Part shown: positions 16,980 to 25,444 of the stretch, piece by piece
Position numbering within the stretch: the stretch's first letter is position 1
Layout of the letters: each line of letters starts with the position of its first letter
Source: a virus
Lineage: Duplodnaviria; Caudoviricetes
Length of the DNA: 33,302 nucleotides
IMG/VR virus record: IMGVR_UViG_3300009661_000081
Location: 1 to 33,302 of that record
Strand: one strand, 5' to 3'
Notes under the pieces: generated by a model
The model's input: only the letters and a program-made list of their open reading frames with translations
Told to the model about the DNA's origin: nothing
The model's database searches: none
Made by a program: the position numbers and the translations under genes

Positions 16980-17049
16980 GTATTGCGTTCCGGTTTCCCG
17001 AGGCATCGCTGCCTGTGTTGCTGGCCGGTGTTTCGTTCGGCTTGGGGTA

Positions 17050-17092
17050 AATATAAGTCTGCTTATCTATAGTCGTCAATAAGCAGCCTTAT
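17050..17092 (-). promoter_or_regulatory. PL promoter with operators OL1 (17053-17066) and OL2 (17079-17092)
   Basis: ATAAG-N4-CTTAT twice; TTGACG -35 (17074-79) and TATATT -10 (17050-55) on minus strand. Confidence 0.85.
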
Positions 17093-17109
17093 ATATTTTT
17101 CGATAGACA

Positions 17110-17134
17110 CAAAAAAACCCGCTCAACGGCGGGC
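17110..17134 (-). terminator. Intrinsic terminator insulating PL
   Basis: CCCGC stem plus T7 on minus strand. Confidence 0.7.
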
Positions 17135-17417
17135 TCAGGGTGGGGGGGAGGGCAATGAAAATAGAGGGTCCGTCCAGCTGGACCGTGGTATCGCATCTGA
17201 TTAAGGCGCACCAGGGCTAGAACAAAGGCTTATCTCTACGCGAAGCGCTCAACCAAGAGGCACTTACCAAAAGGTGCATACTATGATGAAGGATTGTGCG
17301 GACGCATAATGCTGGACGCTGCCCTCAAGGTGCCGTTCAGCAAGTTGGCCGGCGCCGGGAGGAGAAGACCATGTCCCTTCACTTGCGCAATAGTCGCGCA
17401 CGACAGGAGCTCTACCT

Positions 17418-17765
17418 ATGTCCAACATCATCGCGATGATCGCTAACGTCAGCGTGCCGGATCTCGAATTAGCGATCCCGCTTTACCAGCGGATCGCGGG
17501 CATCGATACCGTAAAACGCTTTCCCTACAAGAATCTGAAGCTCGCGAATGTAGGTCCGTTCCTGCTGATGGAAGGCTCACTGGACGAGCATACCCCTCAA
17601 GCAGCAACTGTTCTGGTTCGTTCGGCTGAAGATGTTCGATCAGCTATTGAGGAAGCTGGCGGTGTAGTGCTTGAGGGGCCGAGCACCGTGCCGAATGGCA
17701 TTCGTGTGCTGCTCCAGCATCCAGACGGGGCGGTTTTTGAATACCTGCAGCCTGTGACCGCATGA
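17418..17765 (+). CDS. VOC / glyoxalase-bleomycin-resistance family protein
   Basis: V.DLE.A..LY, AGGVVLEGP..VPNG......HPDGAVFEY; AGGAG SD. Confidence 0.8.
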   Translation: MSNIIAMIANVSVPDLELAIPLYQRIAGIDTVKRFPYKNLKLANVGPFLLMEGSLDEHTPQAATVLVRSAEDVRSAIEEAGGVVLEGPSTVPNGIRVLLQHPDGAVFEYLQPVTA

Positions 17766-17865
17766 GATGTAGCTTCCAGAGCGGCGACTAGCTCGCGAGC
17801 AAGCGGGCTATCACCTTCGGGCCGCGCAATCCTTGCGTGGGCTGAAGGGATCTATACGGCCCTGC

Positions 17866-18558
17866 CTACAACTCAATCGGACTGATCAGTTCCTCACCCT
17901 GGTTGCGCACATTCCCGACCGCCTTTCCGACCGGATACCACTCGAAGTCATCCGTAGGCCTGCAGCACTCCCTGGCGATCTCCTCGGCCCTTGCTGGTGA
18001 CAGACCTGGCTCTATCCACTCGCGGGCATGCTCAGGCGTCAGAACGAGAGGGCGCCTGTCGTGGATGTCGACCATTCCTGAATCGCTGGCGGCGGTGATG
18101 ATCACGAAGCCATCGTTGTCGTTAGGCTCAAGGCCAGGGTGGACCTGGGCGAGGGCGGCCAGCAGCATGGGCCTGCGATCCTTCAAGACGATGAAGTACG
18201 GCTGCTTGCGCTTCGGGTCCGCGGGATCTGCAACCCACTCGTACCAGCCGTTTGCCGGTGTCAGCGCCCGACCTTCGGGCCAGAGCTGTTTGAAGAACTT
18301 GCCGGTGGCCACCGTCTCGACCCTGGCGTTGATCGGATCGGGCCGCTTGCCCTTTGCCCAGAACGGCGACCAGCCCCACTTCACGGGTTCTGCGCGCAAT
18401 TCGTCGTCTACTGCACGGATCAACTGGACACGGGTCGAGGGCGCGACGTTGTAGCGCTTGATCGGCTCATGATCGTATGCCCCGATCCTCCGAAAGCGCG
18501 GCGCAAGCTCGCTAAAGAAGTCATCCATGCCGCTGTACTGAGCAATCCTGCCGCACAT
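17866..18558 (-). CDS. SRAP (SOS response-associated peptidase, YedK/HMCES family)
   Basis: MCGR, RYNVAPS, INARVET, GWYEW, IHDRRP. Confidence 0.93.
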   Translation of the reverse strand: MCGRIAQYSGMDDFFSELAPRFRRIGAYDHEPIKRYNVAPSTRVQLIRAVDDELRAEPVKWGWSPFWAKGKRPDPINARVETVATGKFFKQLWPEGRALTPANGWYEWVADPADPKRKQPYFIVLKDRRPMLLAALAQVHPGLEPNDNDGFVIITAASDSGMVDIHDRRPLVLTPEHAREWIEPGLSPARAEEIARECCRPTDDFEWYPVGKAVGNVRNQGEELISPIEL

Positions 18559-18617
18559 AACGTCACCCGTCGAAATCCGCGTATCCAGTATTGACCGCCG
18601 CCACGCCGATTAGTTAA

Positions 18618-18633
18618 CTGTACGAATATACAG
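18618..18633. promoter_or_regulatory. LexA (SOS) box
   Basis: CTGT-ACGAATAT-ACAG between divergent genes. Confidence 0.85.
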
Positions 18634-18648
18634 TAATAGGGTGTTTTC

Positions 18649-18969
18649 ATGATCATGCTCATAAGGCCCATGCGGCGCCTTGGTGTCGCCATCGATCCAA
18701 AGGTTCTCGGCAGGATGGAACCGGTCCGGGGCGACATCTTCATCGTCATTCATGAGGGGCGGGGTAGTGCAATGCGCCGTACAACCAGAGTCGCAAGCAT
18801 TGCCAAGGCCGTGCCAAGCAGCCCAGACCTGCTTCCAAATCTGCTGGACGTAACCATCTCCACAATGGTCAACAGCGGCTTCGTGCTGAGCGGTATAGAG
18901 ATGATCGGCGATGCGGCCTACGCTCAATCGTGGAAGTGCGAAGTCCCCGAGGAGCATGCAAAGCGATGA
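18649..18969 (+). CDS. Hypothetical SOS-linked protein
   Basis: Follows LexA box; GFVLSGIE...AYAQSWKC C-terminus. Confidence 0.7.
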   Translation: MIMLIRPMRRLGVAIDPKVLGRMEPVRGDIFIVIHEGRGSAMRRTTRVASIAKAVPSSPDLLPNLLDVTISTMVNSGFVLSGIEMIGDAAYAQSWKCEVPEEHAKR

Positions 18970-19172
18970 GCGAATCAATCAAGGAAAGCGAGCTGCGGAT
19001 CTGGCGTACGACGCTGGGAGACGAGGACCGACGTTTCAACGAACCTGAGCACTTACGCGGCGAACTCTATGGCCACGCCAAGACACTCGCACGGCTAGAC
19101 ATCATCGATCTGTTCGAACTGCGCGAGTTGATAGCCGTAGCTGATACCGCGTGCAACCATCAAGCGGGGTAG
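18966..19172 (+). CDS. Small helical hypothetical protein
   Basis: ATGA coupling, start MSESIK. Confidence 0.6.
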   Translation: MSESIKESELRIWRTTLGDEDRRFNEPEHLRGELYGHAKTLARLDIIDLFELRELIAVADTACNHQAG

Positions 19173-19207
19173 CATTACACGCGGGAATGGTTGAAGACGC
19201 GGGAGTG

Positions 19208-19232
19208 AAAAGCCCGGTGCTTGGCCGGGCTT
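19208..19232. terminator. Hairpin terminator between convergent units
   Basis: AAGCCCGG-N7-CCGGGCTT with A-tract. Confidence 0.65.
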
Positions 19233-19280
19233 GGTATATGCAAAAAAAATTATGGCGGCGACTGATAGCAAATGCCGCCA

Positions 19281-19790
19281 CTAGGACTTTCTACAGATGA
19301 ATATAATCAGGTCATTTAGGCAGGAGGCGTTCATACGGCCCCGCTCGAGTATGTGTTCCTGGAAGTATTTTTCGTAGAAAGCTGCTTCCGTAGCATCGCC
19401 CGGTAAGGATCTTTCAAGAATGTCTTTGCATTCTTTTGTCGTTCTTCCAGTTTTAATAGAGCGCGCTGCCAGCAGTGTAGATTCAATTGATGGTGTAGAT
19501 ATGAATCTAACAACTTTATTTGCAGTCAGCCAACGATCTACCTCAACAGAAACAGGGATGTCGCCATCAAAAACTGCCCCTACAAGCCTGTAGTCCCCCG
19601 TTCGCCTTGCGGACTTTATAGCCTCCATAATTCCTTCTGGGCCTTTTCCTTTCGCATTTTTTGTTGTTAGCGATACGAAAGAGTCTCTTCCGCAGTAGAG
19701 CGACTTAAGGTGCCTAACGAAAGCGTCATCAGTGTACCCCTCAACAGCGATGAGTATTGTATTGTTAGTACGTCTAATCGGCCTTTTCAT
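19281..19790 (-). CDS. rloB: RloB-like (TOPRIM-fold) protein
   Basis: LIAVEG.TD, VFDGD, STPSIE; follows the AAA ATPase. Confidence 0.8.
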   Translation of the reverse strand: MKRPIRRTNNTILIAVEGYTDDAFVRHLKSLYCGRDSFVSLTTKNAKGKGPEGIMEAIKSARRTGDYRLVGAVFDGDIPVSVEVDRWLTANKVVRFISTPSIESTLLAARSIKTGRTTKECKDILERSLPGDATEAAFYEKYFQEHILERGRMNASCLNDLIIFICRKS

Positions 19791-19792
19791 AA

Positions 19793-20986
19793 TTATATAT
19801 TCGGCACCGCTCCGTAAGTACCAGACATGTATTTCGCGTAAAAATTGTCGTCACTTCTAACGCCGCTCATGTCGCACAGCCTCCATGCCTCGCTTACTCC
19901 GTCATTTTTCTCTACCAGTAAAATCTGGCACTTTTGAAGCTCGTTCAATATTTCTACAGAGTGCGTGGTGAATATGATCTGAGCGTTATGAGGATTGGTT
20001 TTTGGGCTAAAGAAAAGCTCAAGAATGCTGTCCAGCATATGCGGGTGAAGATCCGACTCCAGCTCGTCATAAACCATGACTCCGCCTTGCTTTAGAACTG
20101 GTAGCAATCTGCTGAGCAGTACGTAAGCAGACTGCGTACCGCTCGACTCTGTGAGCAAAGGCATTTCAAATGACTCATCGCCAATTGTATGGACGCCGAA
20201 AGGCATAGTCATCTCAAATTCCTCACCTTTATCATCTACATGTTTCAGTTTTGTAATTTTTATGTCAGACAAACCAAGATCCCACGCTTTTAGACGAGAG
20301 ACCATTAGCTCTCTGTATTCAGAATTTTGCTCATAGAATTCTGTGCCATCTATAAGTGCTTGGTAGTCGTTCGATTTAGCTCTGCCGCTTGCATTGATAT
20401 TAGTGTGAAATTTTGAAAAATAATCGACTAGCATTAAGGCGAAAGAATTATCTTGTTGTGCTGCAAAAGATATAAGTGACGAGTTTTTTTTAGCTTTGCT
20501 GGCTGTGCGCTTGTCAAAACCGAAGCCTTTTAGGTTGTATGTGAATTCATTTGAATTCACATCAAAGGCTCGCGAGAAGACAGTGCTCCACTGTCGGCTA
20601 GTCTTCTCCTGCAGGTCCTCTTGGTGGACCTGCTTTGAATCTATTTTAAGAATATAACGAAACAATCTGTCATCGATCTCAAAAATTAACTCAAGAGATG
20701 TCTTCTCATTCATTCTTAAGAAGTGCTGGCGCGTATAAGTTCCAGCATCTGCGCGCAGGTTCACTGACTTGCAAATAAACCAAGAAATGAACGCGAACGG
20801 CTTAATCGCGTTTGTCTTGCCAGCGCCGTTGGCTCCAATTACAGCCAAGATTTTACTGGTCCTGCCGTCTTCTGCCCTAGATGCGCAGCTTTTCTCGTTC
20901 TCGGCTGCGCGACCATCCATGGCGAACGAAATTTCTACCTCATCCAAAAAAGAATAGAAATTCGAAAATTTAAGGGAATGCAGCAT
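19793..20986 (-). CDS. rloA: RloA-like AAA_21 (ABC-type) ATPase
   Basis: NFYSF, GANGAGKTN, ESSGT, VYDELE..LHP, AQIIFTTH, Y..G.YGAVP. Confidence 0.88.
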   Translation of the reverse strand: MLHSLKFSNFYSFLDEVEISFAMDGRAAENEKSCASRAEDGRTSKILAVIGANGAGKTNAIKPFAFISWFICKSVNLRADAGTYTRQHFLRMNEKTSLELIFEIDDRLFRYILKIDSKQVHQEDLQEKTSRQWSTVFSRAFDVNSNEFTYNLKGFGFDKRTASKAKKNSSLISFAAQQDNSFALMLVDYFSKFHTNINASGRAKSNDYQALIDGTEFYEQNSEYRELMVSRLKAWDLGLSDIKITKLKHVDDKGEEFEMTMPFGVHTIGDESFEMPLLTESSGTQSAYVLLSRLLPVLKQGGVMVYDELESDLHPHMLDSILELFFSPKTNPHNAQIIFTTHSVEILNELQKCQILLVEKNDGVSEAWRLCDMSGVRSDDNFYAKYMSGTYGAVPNI

Positions 20987-21099
20987 TATGGATTTACTCA
21001 GAGGTTTTCAACAATATTTTGTCGAATATGGCCTCAGTACGATGTGTTGTCAATGCTGGCAACAGAGAGGCATACACACCTTCGCTGCTCACCCCCCCC

Positions 21100-21281
21100 C
21101 TACTCAGTGAAGAGCCTTGCGACTCTCCCCAATCCTGATATCAAGCCTCTATTCCGCGCATCTAAAGCATCGAGGAGGGCTTTCACCTCAGCATCCCGAC
21201 CTTCTCCCCATAGGCGTTCAGCCACTCTGCTCAAGGCGCAATAGCGAGGAGGGCGGCAAGCGCCAGGATCGTGCGTTTCAT
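21100..21281 (-). pseudogene. Gene remnant: signal peptide followed by a stop
   Basis: AAGGA SD, MKRTILALAALLAIAP*; another frame continues LSRVAERLWGEG... Confidence 0.45.
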
Positions 21282-21334
21282 ACTGCTTCCTTGCTGTGCT
21301 GGGTGGCTCCGGGAATTGAGCCGGTTACCAAGAG

Positions 21335-21811
21335 CTATCTCGTACCATCAAGAACCTTGCGCATTCCGGAAAGGTCTTCTGCGCTTACGACCCCCTCCGT
21401 CCCGCAAACCTGGAACTCTAAGACCTTCGCGGCAGATAGTCGCTCTAGAGTGTCGCGCTGGGTGCGAAGGCTGAAAGACTCCATGGTCGCGGACCCAGCA
21501 GCACTGCTTGTGTAGCCGAAATCCATATTCGGGGCAGCGACACCATCAACCAGCCAGTTGCTGTGATGGCAATCTGTATATCTGCCGCGGGCAGACCAGG
21601 TGACAAGGCGCAATGTGTATCCGTCCGGTCGTGACGAGCCCTTCAGATAATAGGCAGAGGCAGATAGCGAGAATTTTCCCTCTTCTGAGGGAACCGAGAG
21701 CCACTGCACCGTGCGAGATCCGGTGAAACGATCGGCTTTATCCTCAAGCACACCGGCGTTTGCCGAGAGCGCGAAAGCGCAAGCCGAAAAGGCCAAAATA
21801 CTCAATCTCAT
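21335..21811 (-). CDS. Exported hypothetical protein downstream of cI
   Basis: Signal peptide ending ANA; two Cys in the mature part. Confidence 0.75.
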   Translation of the reverse strand: MRLSILAFSACAFALSANAGVLEDKADRFTGSRTVQWLSVPSEEGKFSLSASAYYLKGSSRPDGYTLRLVTWSARGRYTDCHHSNWLVDGVAAPNMDFGYTSSAAGSATMESFSLRTQRDTLERLSAAKVLEFQVCGTEGVVSAEDLSGMRKVLDGTR

Positions 21812-21854
21812 ACTGCATCCCTGCTACGCAAAGGCGCTACAGCGCGCCATCGGC

Positions 21855-22517
21855 TCAAAATTTCTGAACAGCTCTCACAACCACGCCGACGATACGGCAA
21901 TTCTCATCGAAAGGCTCTATAGGGTAGCCCGGGTTCAGCGGCTTCAAAAAAAGTCGGCCACCGTCTTCCACAAGCTTCTTGAAGGTAGCTTTATCGCTGT
22001 CGGGACGCTTCGCAACCACCAGCTTGCCAGGCTGAACGTCAGCCTCGGTATCAATGAGGATCAGCGAGCCATCAATGATGCTCTGCCCGGTCGCAGAGGT
22101 CATCGAGTCGCCTTTCACCTCAAGCCAGAAGGCAGCGCCTTTTGAATCGTAGTCAGAGAACTCGTAATGATCCGAGAACCCAGGCGGAAACGGTTCCACC
22201 GCCTCAGACCATGACCCCGCAGCCACCCAACTGACGACCGGGTAGCGATACATCGCGCCTGGCTGCTTGGCCAGCCGAATATTTGAGTCGGGCGATTGCG
22301 GCGCGCCCACTTCCATAGGGCCGATTCCATCTGAAAGCCAGATCGCGTTCACGCCGCAAAGATGCGCGAACTTGGCTAGGTGCGCGCTTTGTTGGTTCTT
22401 TCCCGTCTCAATCTGAGAGATCACGGGCTGCTCGACACCCGCCTTAACAGCCAGATTCTTCTGGGTCAGTTTTGCGTGCTGGCGGGCGAGCTTCATTCGG
22501 TCGGCGAGTGTTGTCAT
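21855..22517 (-). CDS. cI: CI-like repressor (XRE HTH + S24 autopeptidase)
   Basis: LTQKNLA..GV.Q..ISQIE, VAAG cleavage site, GDSM Ser, TFKKL Lys; start MTTLAD. Confidence 0.95.
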   Translation of the reverse strand: MTTLADRMKLARQHAKLTQKNLAVKAGVEQPVISQIETGKNQQSAHLAKFAHLCGVNAIWLSDGIGPMEVGAPQSPDSNIRLAKQPGAMYRYPVVSWVAAGSWSEAVEPFPPGFSDHYEFSDYDSKGAAFWLEVKGDSMTSATGQSIIDGSLILIDTEADVQPGKLVVAKRPDSDKATFKKLVEDGGRLFLKPLNPGYPIEPFDENCRIVGVVVRAVQKF

Positions 22518-22529
22518 GCCCGCAAATCT

Positions 22530-22590
22530 ATAAGTTCCCTTATCCGCTTGCAAATAAGTGTCCTTCTTCATAGGATATAAGCGTGCTTAT
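22530..22590. promoter_or_regulatory. OR3 (22530-43), OR2 (22554-67), OR1 (22577-90) and PR
   Basis: ATAAG-N4-CTTAT (one mismatch in OR2); TTGCAA-17-TAGGAT at 22548-22576. Confidence 0.88.
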
Positions 22591-22604
22591 CAGGAGGGCT
22601 CTAT

Positions 22605-22817
22605 ATGACCCCTATCGAAAGGCTCGTTGATTACTTCGGCGGGCAAACCAAAACAGCTTCAGCCCTGGGAGTCACCCAGGCAGCGGTTTCCTATTGGGTC
22701 TCTGGCATTCATGCGATGAGCGCAAAAAAAGCGTTCAAGGCTGAAGAGCTCACAGGCGGGGCAATTACAGCCCGCGAGCTATGCGCTGAGCCGGGTTCGT
22801 CAGCCGTCGCAGCCTAG
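22605..22817 (+). CDS. cro: Cro-like repressor
   Basis: FGGQTKTASALGVTQAAVSYW; divergent from cI; AGGAGG SD. Confidence 0.9.
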   Translation: MTPIERLVDYFGGQTKTASALGVTQAAVSYWVSGIHAMSAKKAFKAEELTGGAITARELCAEPGSSAVAA

Positions 22818-23023
22818 ATCTTTCTCTTTGAGCTTAGCGACACCGTCGCCCGCTCGAAGCCGCGCAATTCTTCACGATCAAGCCTAACCCGCAAGGGCCC
22901 GGCAACCCTTTCAAAGGCAGGCCACAGCCTGAGCTGAGAAGAGAGGGGAAGGGTAGAGGCAAGCGCCACTACCAAGCAGCAAAGGGCGGCTACCTCGCCT
23001 TGTAGCTCAGATGGATTGGTCAT
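22814..23023 (-). CDS. Small hypothetical protein convergent with cro
   Basis: AAGGG SD-like before MTNPSEL. Confidence 0.55.
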   Translation of the reverse strand: MTNPSELQGEVAALCCLVVALASTLPLSSQLRLWPAFERVAGPLRVRLDREELRGFERATVSLSSKRKI

Positions 23024-23104
23024 GGGTTCGCCCTTGATCGGAGTGAAGCAGGAGTGAAGCAAGTATCAGGCGAACGGTGAGGGAAGGGCACTGCAACAAC
23101 TTCA

Positions 23105-23120
23105 CTGTTGATTCATACAG
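23105..23120. promoter_or_regulatory. Putative LexA box
   Basis: CTGT-TGATTCAT-ACAG. Confidence 0.6.
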
Positions 23121-23148
23121 CTAAAGGAAACGCCTGAATTCCAGGCAC

Positions 23149-23179
23149 AAAAAAGCCGCCTGGCAGGGCGGCTCTTTCT
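23149..23179. terminator. Terminator-like hairpin upstream of O
   Basis: AAAAAAGCCGCC-TGGCAG-GGCGGCT-CTTTC. Confidence 0.6.
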
Positions 23180-23201
23180 ACAGCGTTTCAGCGAGAGAAC
23201 T

Positions 23202-24080
23202 ATGACAAACATCATTCAAATTGACAAGTCCCGGGGGTTCACCCGAATGGACAACACCTTGATGGAGTCCCTTGCGACGGTTGATCTGCCCGCCAGGGAG
23301 TTTCGCGTTGTGATGGCGATCGCTCGTCAGACCATTGGCTTCCAACAGGACACTCGACGGCTCACTGCTGACGACCTGGGCAAGCTGACCAACATGCGCC
23401 GCGATGTGACGTCGAAGGCGATCAGTCATCTGCTGGAACGCCGGATCATCTACCGCATCGGTGGAAGCCGTGGTGACATCGGCATTTCTCCGGTCTCCGA
23501 ATGGTCTTTCTACGAAGAAAAACAGACCCGTCTCACTGAGACCAAAACGTCTCACTCAGACAATATCGTCTCACTGAGACCAGTTGCGAGTGAGACCAAA
23601 ACGGCAACTTGCCTTCTTTATACAAAGAAAGAACCCCTATTAACTCTTTCTTCGAAAGAGATTAATCCGCCCCAGGAAATTCCAGAGCCGGTTCAGGCTG
23701 AATCCAAGCCAGCCCGCAAAGCACCGTTCGGCAAGATCCAGATGCTGGCCGACAACCCACACCAGATCCCTGATCAACTGCTTGTCGACTGGTTGGCCCT
23801 GCGCAAGACCAAACGAGCCGCCGTCACCCTGACCGTATGGGACGCCCTGAACGCCGAGCTGACCAAGTGCGCCGAGCTGGGCATCAACGCCTCCGACGCG
23901 ATGACTGAGGCCCTGTCTGCTGGCTGGCAGGGTTTCCGCGCTGACTGGATTGCCAAGCGCCTGAGCGACTCCGGCCTGACCAACAAGCCCGCACAGCCAT
24001 CCAGCCACCACAACGGCTTCGCTGACCGCGACTACACCCAGGGCCTGATTCAGCGGGAGGACGGCAGCTATGCATTCTGA
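23202..24080 (+). CDS. Replication initiator, lambda O-like
   Basis: GFTRMDN.L......L..REFRVVMAIARQT.GF; internal iterons; GWQGF C-domain. Confidence 0.9.
   Translation: MTNIIQIDKSRGFTRMDNTLMESLATVDLPAREFRVVMAIARQTIGFQQDTRRLTADDLGKLTNMRRDVTSKAISHLLERRIIYRIGGSRGDIGISPVSEWSFYEEKQTRLTETKTSHSDNIVSLRPVASETKTATCLLYTKKEPLLTLSSKEINPPQEIPEPVQAESKPARKAPFGKIQMLADNPHQIPDQLLVDWLALRKTKRAAVTLTVWDALNAELTKCAELGINASDAMTEALSAGWQGFRADWIAKRLSDSGLTNKPAQPSSHHNGFADRDYTQGLIQREDGSYAF
23530..23666. repeat. Replication origin: iterons plus AT-rich inverted repeat
   Basis: GTCTCACT(G/C)AGAC at 23530, 23549, 23568 (19-bp period), half site ending 23596; CTCTTTC-TTC-GAAAGAG downstream. Confidence 0.85.
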
Positions 24081-24876
24081 ACCATACCAGCCCACCCCAG
24101 AACTGCCACCGGGAACCCGCATCCAGCCGGGCGACTGCGAAACCCACGGCAAGTTCGAGCAGAAGGTTTTCTCGGTCATCGGCCGCGAACTGAAAACCGG
24201 CTGCCCCGAATGCTCGCGGATCGTGCAAGAGGCGGCAGAAGAATCCGAGCGCCGCAACAGGGCCCTCATGGAGCGCATGGCGATGGAGCGCAAGCTTGGT
24301 TCGGCTCTGATCCCCAAGCGCTTCGTGATCAAGACGCTGGACGGGTACATCGCCACTACACCGGAGCAGCGCAAGGCCTTGGCAACGTGCCGTCGATACG
24401 CCGCTGAGTTCGCGCAGATTGCTGAATCCGGCCGTTGCTTGCTGCTGCTGGGCAAGCCTGGCACGGGAAAGACTCACCTGGGCGTCGGTATCGCGAACGA
24501 GATCATGGCCAAGTCGAGCGCCACCGCCGTGTACCGAACCATCGGCTCGGTCCTGCAGGCAATCCGCTCAACCTACGACCACTCCAGCGAGCAGAGCGAA
24601 AGCCAGATCCTGTCGAGTCTGATCATTCCCTCGCTGCTCATCCTGGACGAGATCGGCGTGAGCAAGGAAAAGCCGAGCGACTTCGAGCTGACCACCCTGT
24701 TCGCAATCATCAATGGCCGGTACGAGGAGCAGAGACCGACCGTGGTGATTTCCAACCTCGATGCCAAGGCGTTGCCAGCCGCAATCGGCGAGCGCTGCGC
24801 AGATCGGCTCAGGGAGGGCGGCGTGATCGTTATCCCGTTCGAGTGGGAATCGCAACGTGGCAAGGAGGGCTTCTGA
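24070..24876 (+). CDS. DnaC/IstB-like AAA+ helicase loader
   Basis: GKPGTGKTHL, LLILDEIG, PTVVISN, DRL. Confidence 0.9.
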   Translation: MHSEPYQPTPELPPGTRIQPGDCETHGKFEQKVFSVIGRELKTGCPECSRIVQEAAEESERRNRALMERMAMERKLGSALIPKRFVIKTLDGYIATTPEQRKALATCRRYAAEFAQIAESGRCLLLLGKPGTGKTHLGVGIANEIMAKSSATAVYRTIGSVLQAIRSTYDHSSEQSESQILSSLIIPSLLILDEIGVSKEKPSDFELTTLFAIINGRYEEQRPTVVISNLDAKALPAAIGERCADRLREGGVIVIPFEWESQRGKEGF

Positions 24877-25052
24877 TGACCCCAACACAGAAAATCACCG
24901 TAGACCAACTCAAGTCCCAAGGCTTCGAGCTGATCGTCGAAGGAAGAGAAATCGTGCGCATGACGAAAGGCTCGGACAAGCGAGTCATTTGCCAGAACGG
25001 CAGCCAGAAGCGTGGCAATCACACGGATATGCGTAAGGGGATTCGAGCATGA
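24876..25052 (+). CDS. Small hypothetical protein
   Basis: TGATG coupling; MTPTQK... Confidence 0.6.
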   Translation: MTPTQKITVDQLKSQGFELIVEGREIVRMTKGSDKRVICQNGSQKRGNHTDMRKGIRA

Positions 25053-25444
25053 GCGATTTCGTAGAAGTGAAGACGCAAGAACTCTCTGGTGTAGCGCTGG
25101 ATTGGGCCACGGCGAAAGCAACGGGCGCTGCTCAATTGAAAGTGACCGAATCAGGCGCGGTGTGCTGCATCTACGCGATGGCCTGCGGTAGCGGTTGCTG
25201 GACGGCTTATTACGAGCCGTCGACCGACTGGGCTTACGGTGGGTCGCTGATTGAGAAGTACGCGGTAACGCTCACGCCATTCGCCATCAGTTTTGGCGGA
25301 GCCCCTTCCTACTGGCTCGCCCAGCCATGGGATCAGCGTGTCATGCCGCTCGATGGCCCGACACCCCTCATTGCCGCCTGCCGCGCCATCGTAGCCTCTG
25401 TCCTCGGCGACACCGTAAGCGTGCCAAAGGAGCTGCTGTCATGA
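25049..25444 (+). CDS. NinX/DUF2591-like protein
   Basis: LSG.ALDWA, Y.PSTDWA.GG.LIEKY, GPTPLIAACRAIV. Confidence 0.8.
   Translation: MSDFVEVKTQELSGVALDWATAKATGAAQLKVTESGAVCCIYAMACGSGCWTAYYEPSTDWAYGGSLIEKYAVTLTPFAISFGGAPSYWLAQPWDQRVMPLDGPTPLIAACRAIVASVLGDTVSVPKELLS

Noticed and set aside
21092-21100. C9 tract (also G7 at 17142-17148) as a phase-variation switch
   Set aside because: Intergenic, and I could not place either tract within a defined promoter spacer
23530-23596. Mini-CRISPR or novel repeat
   Set aside because: The 19-bp period inside O followed by an AT-rich tract is explained as lambdoid ori iterons
23640-25121. Long minus-strand ORFs opposite O and the loader
   Set aside because: Shadow frames of high-GC genes with no motifs or SD
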